From contig OZ252244.1 of assembly GCA_965249575.1 (NCBI GenBank), positions 3,584,001 to 3,648,000 on the forward strand: 64,000 nucleotides of DNA, in the 5' to 3' direction. Within the stretch, counting starts at the first letter, position 1. Every line of letters begins with the position of its first letter. The translations under genes and the position numbers were made by a program. The DNA is from Gemmatimonadales bacterium (GTDB lineage Bacteria; Gemmatimonadota; Gemmatimonadetes; Gemmatimonadales; GWC2-71-9). Under the pieces are notes generated by a model. That model did no database searches, was not told where the DNA came from, and saw only the letters and a program-made list of their open reading frames with translations. Shown here piece by piece: positions 38,213-50,319 of this stretch.

Positions 38213-41200
38213 ATGTCCAGATCAAGACGTCAAGTTCATGCCATTGATTTGTCGTACCCGCCTCGCATGAGCCAGTCGACCCGACTGAGGCCGGATGCCG
38301 AAGCGGGCCAGTCCCACTCGGCGGCCCACAGGGACGGCTCTCTCGCTCCTAATCCACCGGCGGGGCTTGTTCCCAAAGACCATCCCACCAAGCGCAGCCG
38401 TCGCGGCTCGGGGGGCGTTCGCGTGTTGGCCGCCGTCGCGTGTTTGGCCTGGCTGGCCTGGCCGACCGAGGCTTTCGCGCTGCAGGTGACGCTGAACGTG
38501 GACGCCGTTGCGGGCGACAACAAGATCAACCGGTCGGAGCACAGGAACGGCATCGCCGTGAGCGGCAACACGGGTACGGAAAGCGGCGTGACTGTCGAGG
38601 TGACCATCGGCGGCACACCGTTGACGAGCGTGACCTCCGCGATGAACGCGATGTGGTCGGTGAACGTGGAGCGCAGTGCGGACTACATTACCGAAACGAG
38701 CGTGGAGCTTTCCGTGACGGCCACCAAGATCGGGTTTATCAGTGCGACGGTTACGCGGACGCTGCCGGTGGATTTGACGCCGCCGAGTGTGAGTTACACG
38801 GCGCCATCGAATCTCACGGTGGGCGTTTTGATCACGCCGATAGCTCCGACCACGAGCGATACGGATATCGTCTCCTACGCCACTAGCGGCGGTTCCCTGC
38901 CGCTGGGACTGGGGTTGAGTGGCAATACAGGTATTATCAGCGGCTCGCCGAGGACGGCCAACACCAACACGCAGACGGTGGGGGTGCTGGTCACCGACGA
39001 CGCCGGCAACGTGAATCGGCCGCAGATTACATTCCCGGCGGTTGAGCTCGCATCCGGCGTAATGGTTTCGGAGACGGAACTGACGGTGCCCGAAGGCGGC
39101 TCGGCGAGCTACACGGTGAGGCTCCTCGCCCAGCCGACGGATGATGTCACGATCACGGTGGAGCGGGCGAGCGGCGATGAGGATCTGACGGCGAGCCCGG
39201 ATACGCTGACCTTCACGAACTCGAACTGGAGTGTGCAGCAGACGGTGACGGTCTCGGCGGCGGAAGATGACGACGGCGCGGCCGGCACTGCCCAGTTTGG
39301 CCATAAGGTGATCAGCCCCGGCACCGTCTATCACGGCGTTTCGACCCCTGGCCTCAGAGCAACCGAGGATGACAACGACACGATCGGCGTGATCGTCTCG
39401 CCGACGGCACTGTCGGTGCCGGAAGGCGGCTCGGCGACCTACACGGTGAGGCTCGGCACCAAGCCACCGGACGATGATGTCACGGTCGAGGCAACCCGGG
39501 ACCAACTGAGTGACGCCGACCTGACGGTGACCTCGGTAACGGATATGGATGCGGACTTTAATTCGGTTACGTTGTTATTCACGGACTTGAACTGGCATAC
39601 GGAGCAGACGGTGACGGTCTCGGCGGCCGAGGACGACGACCAGGTGGATGGCGTCGCGATCTTCAGCCACGGCGTGTCGGGCAACGACGAGAACTACACC
39701 AACGACGAAATCACAATCGATCCGGTCACGGCGACCGAGGCCGACAACGAAAAGGTAGTGACGGTCGTGATTCAAACGGAGGTGTCAGCTCCGGTGCGCG
39801 GCGTGTTCGAGGTGACGATCATCTTTAGCGAGGCGGTGATGGGTTTCGAGCGGAGCGAGATCGCGGTGACGAATGGTTCGGTGACCGACTTCAGTGGGTC
39901 GGCGCCGACCTATAAGGCAGAGATCACTCCCTCGAAGAGCGGTGAAGTGATCGTGGAGGTTGGGGCGAATGTGCTCGAATACGGGGTCGGCAACGGCAAT
40001 ATAGCGGGCGCGCCTCTGGTGCTCGAGGCGGATCTGTATCCGGTGGTGAGCTATCAGGAGGAGAGCTACACGGCGAGGGAAGGTGGAGAGACGGTGACGG
40101 TGACGGTGAAGCTGAGCGAGGGCTGGGACGAGGAGCTAGCGATCCCGATCCGGGTGACGCGGCCGCAACCAGAGTCGACGGAAGTCGACGACTATACGGT
40201 CGACGGGTTGGAGGAGTGGGATGCCCAGGAGGGCACAGGCAAGCTCACCTTCTCAGCCGGCGAAACGGAACAGACGTTCACGATTGCGGCCAACGATGAC
40301 GGGGACGGGGAAGACGAAGAGCTGGAGCTGGGATTTGGGGACTTGCCGACGCCGGTGATGGCGGGGGCCCCGGTCGTGGCGACGGTGACGCTCAAGGACA
40401 AGGGTTTGGTGGTGAGCTACCAGGAGGAGAGCTACACGGCGAGGGAAGGTGGAGAGACGGTGACGGTGACGGTGAAGCTGAGCGAGGGCTGGGACGAGGA
40501 GCTAGCGATCCCGATCCGGGTGACGCGGCCGCAACCAGAGTCGACGGAAGTCGACGACTATACGGTCGACGGGTTGGAGGAGTGGGATGCCCAGGAGGGC
40601 ACAGGCAAGCTCACCTTCTCAGCCGGCGAAACGGAACAGACGTTCACGATTGCGGCCAACGATGACGGGGACGGGGAAGACGAAGAGCTGGAGCTGGGAT
40701 TTGGGGACTTGCCGACGCCGGTGATGGCGGGGGCCCCGGTCGTGGCGACGGTGACGCTCAAGGACAAGGGTTTGGTGGTGAGCTACCAGGAGGAGAGCTA
40801 TACGGCGCTCGAGGGAGGAGAGGCTGCGACAGTAACGGTGAAGCTGAGCTTCGGCTGGGACGAGGAGCTAGCGATCTCGATCCGGGTGACGCGGCCGCAA
40901 CCAGAGTCGACGGAAGTTGCGGACTATACGGTCGACGGGTTAGAGGTGTGGGATGCCCAGGAGGGCACAGGCAAGCTCACCTTCCCAGCCGACGAAACGG
41001 AACAGACCTTCACGATAGCAGCCAACCATGACGCGGACGGGGAAGACGAAGAGCTGGAGCTGGGATTTGGGGACTTGCCGACGCCGGTGATGGCGGGGGC
41101 CCCGGCCGTGGCGACGGTAACGCTCGAGGACAAGATGGTGGAGCTCACGGTGAGCTTTGGGCAGGCGGAGTACGAGATTAGGGAAGGTCAGGAGGCGGAC

Positions 41201-43821
41201 ATCGAGGTGGAGGTATCGCCAGCGGCGGACCGAAGGGTGGAAGTGCTCCTGGTGGTGGCGCTCCAAGGAGGGGCTACGGACGAGGACTACAGCGGAGTGC
41301 CGGCGAAGCTGGTGATTGAGGAGGGCGAGAGTCAGGCGACGATTGCCATAAAGGTGCTGGCGGATGAAGTGAACGATCCTGGGGAAGGGATGGTGCTGAG
41401 CTTTGGCGAGCTGCCGGTGGGGGTGATTTCGGGCGATCCGTCCTCGACCCAGGTGCATTTCACGCAGCAGCGCACGGCGGAGCAGTTCTCGCAAACACTG
41501 GAGGTGATGCTGGCGGTGTTGGCGCGGTCGACGGCCGCGAGCGCGCAGTCAGCCATTCAGGGTCGCTTCGAACGGCATCGTCAGTGGAGTCGGTTGGGGT
41601 CGTCAGGTGGGGTGCAGGGGTCGGGGACGAGCGAGGCGGCGAGAGTAGACGTGACCGAGCCAACGCAGGGATCGCGGCTGCGGAGTTTCTCGCTGGGTTC
41701 GTTAGGGAGCACCGCACGCTCCGGCCAATCGCACGTGGGCGCCTCACCTAGCTACGGCAAGGACCTAAGCGGGAGCGTCTACGGTCAGGATCGACTGTAT
41801 GGTTCTGGGATCGGCGACGCGCCGCTAGGACCGGGCTCGACTGACCTCTCAGGGACGAGGGATCAAGGGTTCAGTCTTGCGGGGACCTCCTTCGAGATGG
41901 CTCTGGGCAAGCAGGAGCAGGGCAATAGCACGAGCTGGGTGCCGGTGTTGTGGGGTCGGGGGGATCTGCAGCACTTCAACGGAGACCTGGATCGGCTTGG
42001 CATGAACTATCGCGGCCGCCTCGAGGCCGCGCACGTCGGGCTTGATCTCTATGCCAACGACAAGATGCTCGCCGGGCTGTCGTTCATGCGCAGTTGGGGG
42101 GACATGGACTACACCGACGATGGTATAGATGGGGTGCTAGAGAGTCGCATGAACACGGTTCACCCGTATCTGTATTGGCAGCCGACCGAACGGGTGAGCA
42201 TGTGGGCCTTGGGAGGCATGGGTTGGGGCGAAGTGGAGGTCAAAGAGCCGGGCCGGAGTCACGACTTCGATGCCGACTTTCGGATGCTCGGTGGAGGCGT
42301 GAGGGCGATGCTGTGCCGGTGGCCCTGCAATGAGTTGGCTCTGCGAGCCGACGTCTTCACGGCGCAACTGAGGACCGATGCCACCGACGACATCGCCAAG
42401 GTGAGCGGTAAAGCCTACCGGGGACGGTTGATGCTCGAGTGGGTGCACGACCTGCCGATGTCAGCGGGGCGATCACTGGGCCTGCAGCTGGAGGCCGGCG
42501 GACGTATCGACGGGGGCGATGCGGATCGCGGCGCCGGCGTGGAAACGGGTCTTCGTCTGGGGTACCTGGATGCGAACCATGGACTGGACGTGGCGCTGCA
42601 CGGCCGGACGCTAGTGGTGCATGAAAGCGACTACCGGGATTGGGGGTTGGGCGTACAGGCGAGCTGGGACCCGGGCGAGAAGCAGCGCGGGTTCAGGGCG
42701 TCGGTGATGTCCACGTGGGGCCGGGACGGAGGAGGCCGGACGACGCTGTGGGACAACGCCGATGTTGTCATGCGCCCAACGGGGATGGGAGCCATGAGTA
42801 TGGCCTCCCAGTACCGGATGGAAAGCGAGGTGGCCTACGCCGGCCTGACGGCGCCAGGCGTACCGGGTCTGCTGACGCCCTATAGCCGGCTGCGATGGGC
42901 CGGACCGGGGCGGGAGCTGGCCTTGGGGACCGCTTGGAGCTTGTCCGCCGCCCTGCCCGCGATGTTGGAATTGGAAGCCATGAGACGCGAAACCAGAACG
43001 GGTCCGGCCGATCTGGGGATGTCGCTGCGCGTGTCGATCCCCTTGGGCGGCACGCGGGATGTCATCCCCAGCCGGGGCCACGTTTCCGCCCAGGCGCCCG
43101 CTCCGAAATTGATTCCGCGCGAGGTTGCCGAATCTGGCGCCGACGAGCAGCGGGCCAGCGCCGCGGCTACACAACCACCCGCCGAGCCAGTCAGCGCCCC
43201 CCAACAGGATGCGAATCCACCACCCGAACCCGCGACGCCCGAGTCGGCCTCGCCTGCTTCGCAGCCCGCGCAAGCTTCGGCCCAGCCGCAAGGCGCGGCA
43301 CCTGCACCAACAACCACTGCACCGGCCAAAGGACACGAGCGCGTCGTCAATGTCCAGCCGACGCCACAGCCACGTGCAAGAACGACCCCGCAGCCCCGGT
43401 CCGCGGCATCCCCGACGCAAACCGGCGAGTTGCAAGCCCAGGTGACATTGCCGCAGCTCGACCTTCGTCGCCAATCACCGCCTGCCGTGACCCCTCCCGA
43501 CGCACCGGCCCCCACGGTTTTGCCAAGCGGGGGCATCCTCGTTCAAGTGGGCGCTTTTCGGAGTGCCGAGAGGGCTGCCCGTTCACCGACGAGTTACGGC
43601 AACAGGGTCATGCCGCGATCACGATCGGCGGCAACGACTATCACCGCGTCGTCGTCGGGCCATTCCCTAACCGGCGCGACGGTGCCAGCGCCCAATCACA
43701 GCTAGAACAACAAGGCTACCAGGGATACCTTCGAGTTGACGTGGGGCACCGGTTGGAGTCTGCCCGCTCGCTTTCAGCTGCCCCTGCTCGACCTTTTCGT
43801 CCAACTCGGGAGTTGCGATGA
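38213..43821 (+). CDS. Large acidic surface protein: Ig-like and Calx-beta-like repeats, autotransporter-type barrel, Pro-rich linker and SPOR domain (frameshift at ~43582)
   Basis: Signal-like segment ending TEAFA; V/T/E-rich beta-sandwich repeats; barrel strands (LWGRGD, VHPYLYW, LLTPY); VQVGAFRS continues in another frame as YHRVVVGPF...LEQQGY to TGA 43821; start uncertain. Confidence 0.8.
40042..41135 (+). repeat. Three tandem 366-bp (122-aa) intragenic repeats
   Basis: Units start at 40042, 40408 and 40774; units 1 and 2 are nearly identical, unit 3 is more diverged. Confidence 0.95.
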
Positions 43822-44456
43822 TCGTCCACCGTTTTGTAGTGGTGACCGCGATGCTTGGGGTCAGTTCGTGTTGCCTAATAAACCCGCCGCCCCTGCTTCC
43901 GCCGTCCGGTCCAGCCATAGACTCGCTGCCGGCTGAGCAGGATTCCGTCCGTCAGGCCGAAGAGGCCGCACGTGCGGAGGCTGCGCGCCTAGCCGCCGAA
44001 CGTGCCGCCGAGGCGGAGCGCCAGCGTGCCATCGCCGCCGAACGTGCCGCCGACGCGGAGCGGCAGCGTGCCATCGCCGCCGCCCGTGCCACCCTCGAAG
44101 AGATAGTCTTCTTCGACTACGACATGTCGGCGGTCCGCAATGACGCGGCAGCCGTGCTCCGCGAGAAGGTGAACATCCTCCGTGCGAGCCCACAGGTGCG
44201 CCTCCGCATTGAAGGGTACTGCGACGAGCGGGGGTCCTCCGCGTACAACCTCACCCTGGGCAACCGTAGGGCCGAGGCGATACGTCAGTTCTTCACAGGC
44301 GTCGGGCTGTCCGAGAGCCGCTTCGAAATCGTGTCGTTCGGCGAGGACCGACCTCTGGTGCAGGGCTCAAACGAGGGTGCCTGGGCGAGGAACCGGCGCG
44401 TCGAGTTCGTGATCACGGCAGGTGCGAACGCCATCAATCCGCCCGAGACGGGGTGA
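43818..44456 (+). CDS. Pal-like OmpA-domain lipoprotein
   Basis: Lipobox-like LGVSSC, VFFDYD, IEGYCDERG, YNLTLGNRRA and ARNRRVEF motifs. Confidence 0.88.
   Translation: MIVHRFVVVTAMLGVSSCCLINPPPLLPPSGPAIDSLPAEQDSVRQAEEAARAEAARLAAERAAEAERQRAIAAERAADAERQRAIAAARATLEEIVFFDYDMSAVRNDAAAVLREKVNILRASPQVRLRIEGYCDERGSSAYNLTLGNRRAEAIRQFFTGVGLSESRFEIVSFGEDRPLVQGSNEGAWARNRRVEFVITAGANAINPPETG
43992..44075 (+). repeat. 2 x 42-bp tandem repeat (AAERAA[E/D]AERQRAI)
   Basis: 43992-44033 vs 44034-44075, two mismatches. Confidence 0.9.
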
Positions 44457-44780
44457 CCTCTACCTGGCCCTTCCTCCGGCACGCGGGGGAACCACCGAGC
44501 GCTGGGCCACGCGCCGTGGCCGAACCCCTAACTATAGCTAGCTAGCTGCTAGGCAGTGCGCCTTGGCATATGGGAATCCCCGCCCCAGCGCGACGGTTCG
44601 CACATAGAACGTATCATGGACTGGCCTTTCCATCATGTGAACCTGGAGATTGACAGGAGGTGCTCTGCGGGAGCCAGGAGGTCATCAGAAGATCCGAGGT
44701 GTTTGCATGACACTTCAATGGCTGCTGAATGATCGACCTGGCGGGAAGTCGGCAAGAATCGCGGCTGAGGGGAAACGACG

Positions 44781-45070
44781 ATGACGAACGAAGCACGACA
44801 AGGCGGGGCGATGATCATTCCGGGTCTGCGCTACACGGATGCGCCGGCCGCGGTGGAATGGCTGTGCGCGGCATTCGGCTTCGAGAAGCACCTGGTGGTG
44901 GGGGGTGCCGAGGGCAAGATCGCGCATGCCCAACTCACCTATCGCAACAGCATGATCATGCTCGGCTCGGGTGGTGAGAGGTCCTATGACGGCCTGTTCG
45001 TCCAGCCCGCCGAGGTCGGTGCGGTAACTCAGGCAACCTATGTGATCGTTGACGATGTCGACGACCATTG
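44781..45070 (+). pseudogene. VOC/glyoxalase (PhnB-like) family protein, 3'-truncated
   Basis: IIPGLRYTDAPAAVEWLCAAFGF, IAHAQL and YVIVDDVDDHC, after which similarity is lost. Confidence 0.8.
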
Positions 45071-45313
45071 TCCGATCATGTGTGGGCCCAGGACGGAGGG
45101 ACCTGCAGATATGGGCCAGCGACGGCAGGCTGGCGCGGGCGTTGAAATAGGCCGGCGAAGCCCAGCAAGTCCGCTGCCCTGGTCCCTAAGCGACTGAATG
45201 TCACATATGTAAATCTTTTAACTGCAGCAAGATACGCCCATCGATATCACGTGGATGTTAACATGTCCACCATACAATCGGCTCGGCGTTTTCCACAAGA
45301 TGGTCCAAATGGC

Positions 45314-47189
45314 CTAATACGGTTTTCGCACCGACACCGATTCATTGAAGGCTGAGAAGCTTGTCTGCACGAAACGGCCGGGCGCCATCGAGGTGTGCTG
45401 AATTACCCGATAGCCATCGGTGCTGATCCAAAGTCGGTTGCGGCTGCCGTCCTCCGTGTCGACGAATCCGACGACAAAGGCCTCAATACTTCCGATCGAG
45501 TCCCGGCCGATGAGGAGAACGTCCGTAGCATGATGCGTGAACCGGTACGCCGGCCAGACCAGTGGAGGGACAGACTCGGTGTGCCACATGGAACCGTGCT
45601 TCATGTGCCTGGTCTCGCCGATCACGACTTCTTCGGCATCCCCGGGGTTCCGTTCCCGACGGTGAAACCGGTTGGGAGCAACGAATACCGACCTGGCTAC
45701 CATCGACGTTTCGCCTGTCGACACGTCCTCCTCCTCGACGACGGAGCGCAGGCGGTTCATCGTCTCATCGGCGAAGGCAAGCAACTCGGCGGCTCCGTAT
45801 ACTGGGACTCTCAGCTCAAACGTGGCACTATCGGCAGTGCCAGACGGTCGTTGAGCGAGTACGCGGAGACGCCAGCGCCCGGCGGGCGAGAGATTCACGA
45901 TTGCTCGGAATCCATCTCCGTCGACCGCCATCGTCGTGGAGGACGGCACAGCATCAGTGTGCTTGTCCGGAAGTAGCCTGACTCGTACCGCGTTGTCTTG
46001 TAGATAGTTTCCGCGTTCGTCCTGAACCGTTACTCGAAGTCGATTCGACCCGACGGCGGCCGGATCGAGAGCGAGGGTCACGAGCAGGGGGCCGGCATTC
46101 TGCGCGAGCGTGACTGCGGGCTGGCGGCTATCGCTGCCGGTGGCCTGGAGTTGCGGGGTGCTGTTTGCGGGCGGCAGGGCCGTCAACATCCCCACCGCGG
46201 CAAGAACCAGGACGGCCACTGCGGATTCGGCGCCCAACGAGAGGATAAACCGTCGGGTGAGCCGGTCGAACTCGGGGGCCGCGGGCGTCTTGTCCCGGGC
46301 AAGGGCGGGTCGTACCACGAAGTGATTGAATGCTCCGGGGATTGATAATCCGAGGGCTAGACCGAGCTTGACTAGCAACGAAACGCCATAAGGTTCCGAG
46401 ACGAGCTCAGCCGGTCCCTCGACATGAGCCCAGGTGTGGTAGAGCCCGGTGACGACTAGGAGCTCGACCGAAACGAGCGCCAGAATCGAGAAGCGCCGCA
46501 CGATGGGGCCGAGGAGGGCCGAGACGTCCGCCTCAGGCCAGGAACGGAATCTCGGAAGAACGGCGAAGACAAGGGTAAACAGCCCCCCGACCCAGGCGAC
46601 GGTCGCGCCGAGGTGCAGCCAGTCGATGGTGAGGGACAGCCAGACCGGCGGGGTGCTGCCGGAATGGCCGTTGAGGCTGGTAAAGAGCGTAAGGAAGGCA
46701 CCGACACCTAAGCCGACCCACAGGCGTCCGCGGTCGCTGCTTGTTCCCAACCGGGAAACCGTCACTAGCGCGACGATCAGCCCGAGCCGAGCCACCCACT
46801 GTCTGCCCCAGCGAGTGTCAAGCAGCCCCCCCCAGTGCACCGGGGCTAAGCGCCAACGTCACAGACCCCTGCAGATCGATCGACTGGGACATGAGGCCCA
46901 GGAGCGCCGCGGGAATGAGGGCGCCGGCCCCCCACCGGGAAAGGGTCCAGCACTGGTGGTGAAGACTGGTCCGGAGCCCACGAGGGAGGATGACGGCCAT
47001 GAATAGCAGCGGCCCGAGAGCCGCGGTCAAGCCCAGGAGGTGAAGCCACCGCGCCCCGGCCTGGAGCGGCAACACCTGGTAGCTGTGGGCGGCCGCCACT
47101 CTGGGTGAGATAGTTACGTGCCCGTAGAGCGCGCTCACATCGAGTGCCAACATGGTGCTCAGGACCGCCAGAATGATTTGGCGCGTCAT
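45314..47189 (-). pseudogene. YcnI-like/CopD copper-uptake membrane fusion protein, frameshifted and internally deleted
   Basis: Signal peptide plus HVTISP (YcnI-like start), RWLHL, DWLHLGATVAWVGG, RRFS and YGVSLLVKL; +1 frameshift in the C8 run at 46826-46833. Confidence 0.8.
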
Positions 47190-47272
47190 TATACCCTTTC
47201 CTTCGTGAGTGATCTGGGCGCCTGGCGGGCACTATCGGATCGCCCGCCAGGATCCGTGGCGAACTGGCAGCT

Positions 47273-49585
47273 CTAGAGTTGCCAGCGGGTTCCGACGTAC
47301 AAAGATCGACCGTCCGCTGGCTGTAAGAAGCGGCCGGCGCCGTTGTCCACGCTGGTCGCGGGCGAATACACCTCGTCCGTCAGGTTGCGGAGCTGGAAAA
47401 AAACCGCCGTTTGGGCGCGGGGAATGACGATCTCACGTCGCACGCCGAGCACCGTCCAGCCGTCGTTGGAGAGAGTGTTTCGGCTGTCGAGGTAGTACGA
47501 TCCTGGGACCCACTCGATGGTGGGCGATAGTGAGAAGCCCGAAGGATGTCTAAGGCTCAGCTCCACCTGCACGACGTGCTCGGGTGCCCCTGGGATTTCG
47601 TTGCCATCGAAGTTGGCGTCGTCGACGAAGGTATAGCGGCCGAGGGTATAGGAGGTTCGAAAGCCCACTACGTTGGATCCGAGCGGCGTATAGCCGAATC
47701 CCGCTTCGAGGCCGAGGTGGCGGGTGCGGGTGGCGTTTCGATACGTCGGAACGGTGAAGGGCGCACCAGGGAACGGCTGCACGTTTACGTTGATGATCTC
47801 GTTCTCGAGCTCGATGTCGTATGCCGATACGTCCCAAAACCATCCCGCCAAGCTCCCTCGTGTTCCCGCTTCGAACTGCCAGGCGTCTTGTGCTTCGAGG
47901 TCGATGAAACCTGGAACGGTGAGCGAGTTGAGTTCCAATAGCAGGGGCGGCTCGAACGACCGGCTGGCATTCAGGAATACTTGCCCGTTGACGCCAGGCA
48001 ATTCGAACAGGAGGTCGACCTTCGGCATGAGAGCGGCGAACTAATGCTTGTCGGTTTGGTCCCCGTCGCTCAGGAAGAAATCCTCGGCCTCGCGAAACAC
48101 GCGATCGTACCGAAGTCCGAACGCGGCCGAGACGATTGGCGTTATGCCGAAGACCTCCTCGAGGTATATGCCAACCCCTCCTGCTTTGTCTCGCTGATCT
48201 TTTTGAAGCGCTCCGCTGGCCCCAGCGTTGTTTGCGAAGTGCTGGTTATCGGTCGTGCCAAACGAGGGCTGGAAACCAAGCGCGAACGCGTTCGTGTGGT
48301 CGCCAACCGATCCCGTGTTTTCGTACCGAACTTCGGCCCCAAAATCCCGACTGGTTTGATCCAGAACGCGCAAAATGGGGTGAACGATGTCCCTGAACTG
48401 GCCGTACGGTGCGATTTGGAGCTGATGGGTGGGAGCCAGCTGCGCGCGCAGCTGCACACCCACGTGATGCAACCTGTAGTCGCGACCGTGCCCGTTGGTG
48501 ACGTTGTTTGCGTCTGCCAACCGAGGGTTGCTGGCGAACTCGGCTGCGGTGAGGGAGCCCGGTAAATCTTCACGGACATTCGCGTAAAAGTGGAAGGCAC
48601 GGGCGTCGACGTTTGGTGACAAACGGTAACCGATGTGGGTGTTGACCCGGTCTCGTCCCTGATCGGCGAAGGTGCGGAACCCGTCGAGCTGTGTGTGGGC
48701 GTAGCTGACGTAATAGTCGAAATCTTCCAACACGGCGCCACTGGCGATCTGACCTTTGAGGAATCCGAAGGCGCCACCTTGTGCGAATGCCTCGAGGGGG
48801 CGCGCAGTGTATCCCGTCTTGGTCTCGAAATTCACGCCGCCTCCGAGCGTCGATCCGCCGTATCGCAGGGAATTTCCGCCCTTGTAGACCTGTACGTTTT
48901 CCGCGGTGAGGAGTTCGATGGATTCGAAATCGGTGAAGCCGTCGGCGTTCCGATATGGCATACCGTTTACGAGGACGTTTACGCCCCGAAGGTGGAAGTT
49001 GTTGCGCAGGCCCGATCCGCGAATCGACAGCTGACTCTCGTCCGCACCCCCGAACCGCGGCTGGATGTATACACCGGGAACGAACCGGAGCACGTCCTTG
49101 AAGTTCGCCTGCCGGGTCCGGCGAAGCTCTTCGGGCTCGATGAGTTTGACCGAGCCCGGTATCAAGCGGATCTGTTCCCGAACCTCGGCAAGATCCTCGG
49201 CGCTTCCGATGACCGTCAGCTCGCCCAATCGAACGGCCCGGGGGGTGAGAACGAGTTCCAGAGACGTTCCTGCTTCTCGGGTGAGGGTTAGTTCAGTGAC
49301 CGATGGCGCATACCCAACCCGGCGGGCGAGGATGCGGTAGGTCGCCGTGGGAACTCCCCGCAGCTCGAACCGACCACCCTGATCGGACTCAGCCCGCCGC
49401 TCAGTTCCTTCGAGAATCACAAGAACGCCTTGGACCGGCTGGCCGGTCGGTGTCACAACCCGTCCGTCGATGGTCCCGGATTCCTGGGAAAGGCAAGGGG
49501 GTGCCGTGGAGACGAGCAACAGCGCGACGAGACCGAAAGATGCCAGTACAGATGGGATGATGCGTCGCCGGCGAGTGTGCTGAAT
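47273..49585 (-). pseudogene. TonB-dependent receptor (probably metal uptake) with in-frame amber
   Basis: Carboxypeptidase-regulatory-like N-domain, plug (LSIRGSG, VYKGGNSLRYG), NLTDEVY and GRSLYVG...WQL end; TAG at 48041-48043 is in frame with the 47273-48028 ORF; the full signal peptide starts at ATT 49585. Confidence 0.9.
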
Positions 49586-49706
49586 TCCTTACCTCACGAT
49601 TGATCTCCCTCATGAGAGTGCTGTTCCGACTCAGGCCTAGGACGCAGGGCGGCACCAGGGGTGCCACTCGACCCGGCCTGGAGCCGGCCGCCAGTGGTGG
49701 ACATGG

Positions 49707-50129
49707 TCAGCACGAGGGCGGGGGAGGGACGGCGTAGGGAAGCTGGTGCGGGGGGCGGCCCGGGAAGCCCGTTTCATCTCCGAAGAGCGCGAGAATCCGC
49801 CCAGGAGGGGCGACGTTGAGCTCAGCCGATTCTCCCACCGGAGCGGCCGTGGGGATCGGAGCCTGGCAGGGCCCGATGCATCGGCAAGCGTCGTCGTCGC
49901 CGGCGTGGTCGTGTGGCTGGGGCGTGTCTGAATGGGAGTGGTGTAATCCCGGATCGACGCTGTGGTTGTTGATCGGGTGCGTCCGTACTGAGCCCGTGAC
50001 TCCGGCCAGGTAGTGTGGGCACTCATGGAGACCGTAACTCCCAAGCCCACCGGCCGTTGGGGAGATCAAAATGGCGAACAGCAACGAGAGCGGCCGCCGG
50101 AAGCGCAAGGCGGACGACACGGCTCGCAT
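49707..50129 (-). CDS. His/Cys-rich, Pro-tailed small protein (DUF2946/CutF/CruR-like), copy 1
   Basis: TM/signal, ECPHY, HHSHS...HDH, CRCIGPC; C-terminus PPHQLPYAVPPPPSC; directly upstream of the TonB receptor; SD GAGAGGGG. Confidence 0.7.
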   Translation of the reverse strand: MRAVSSALRFRRPLSLLFAILISPTAGGLGSYGLHECPHYLAGVTGSVRTHPINNHSVDPGLHHSHSDTPQPHDHAGDDDACRCIGPCQAPIPTAAPVGESAELNVAPPGRILALFGDETGFPGRPPHQLPYAVPPPPSC

Positions 50130-50319
50130 CCCCTCTCGCGACCCGCGGATGGGAATGGCTACTGTCCTTGAACGGAGCGCTAAGACACGCGCTCCCAATT
50201 CGAAACCCTGCACGGACTCCCCCTAAGACCTGACATGACGTCCGAAGGCGGCGCTACCCACACCACCGGGCACGCGCGTTCACCTTCGCGTGTTCTGCTG
50301 ACCTACCCGTCGAGGAGCG

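Larger units (their letters stand above)
24375..45313. mobile_element. Degraded genomic island/prophage relic at the tmRNA 3' end (right boundary uncertain, possibly up to ~50.8 kb)
   Basis: Abrupt switch from housekeeping genes to phage tail, HTH, type I R-M, SRAP and surface-protein genes with many truncations; no integrase or attR seen. Confidence 0.75.

Noticed and set aside
44530..44552. TAGC microsatellite (TAGCTAGCTAGCT) downstream of the Pal-like gene
   Set aside because: Only about three units, intergenic, with no supporting context
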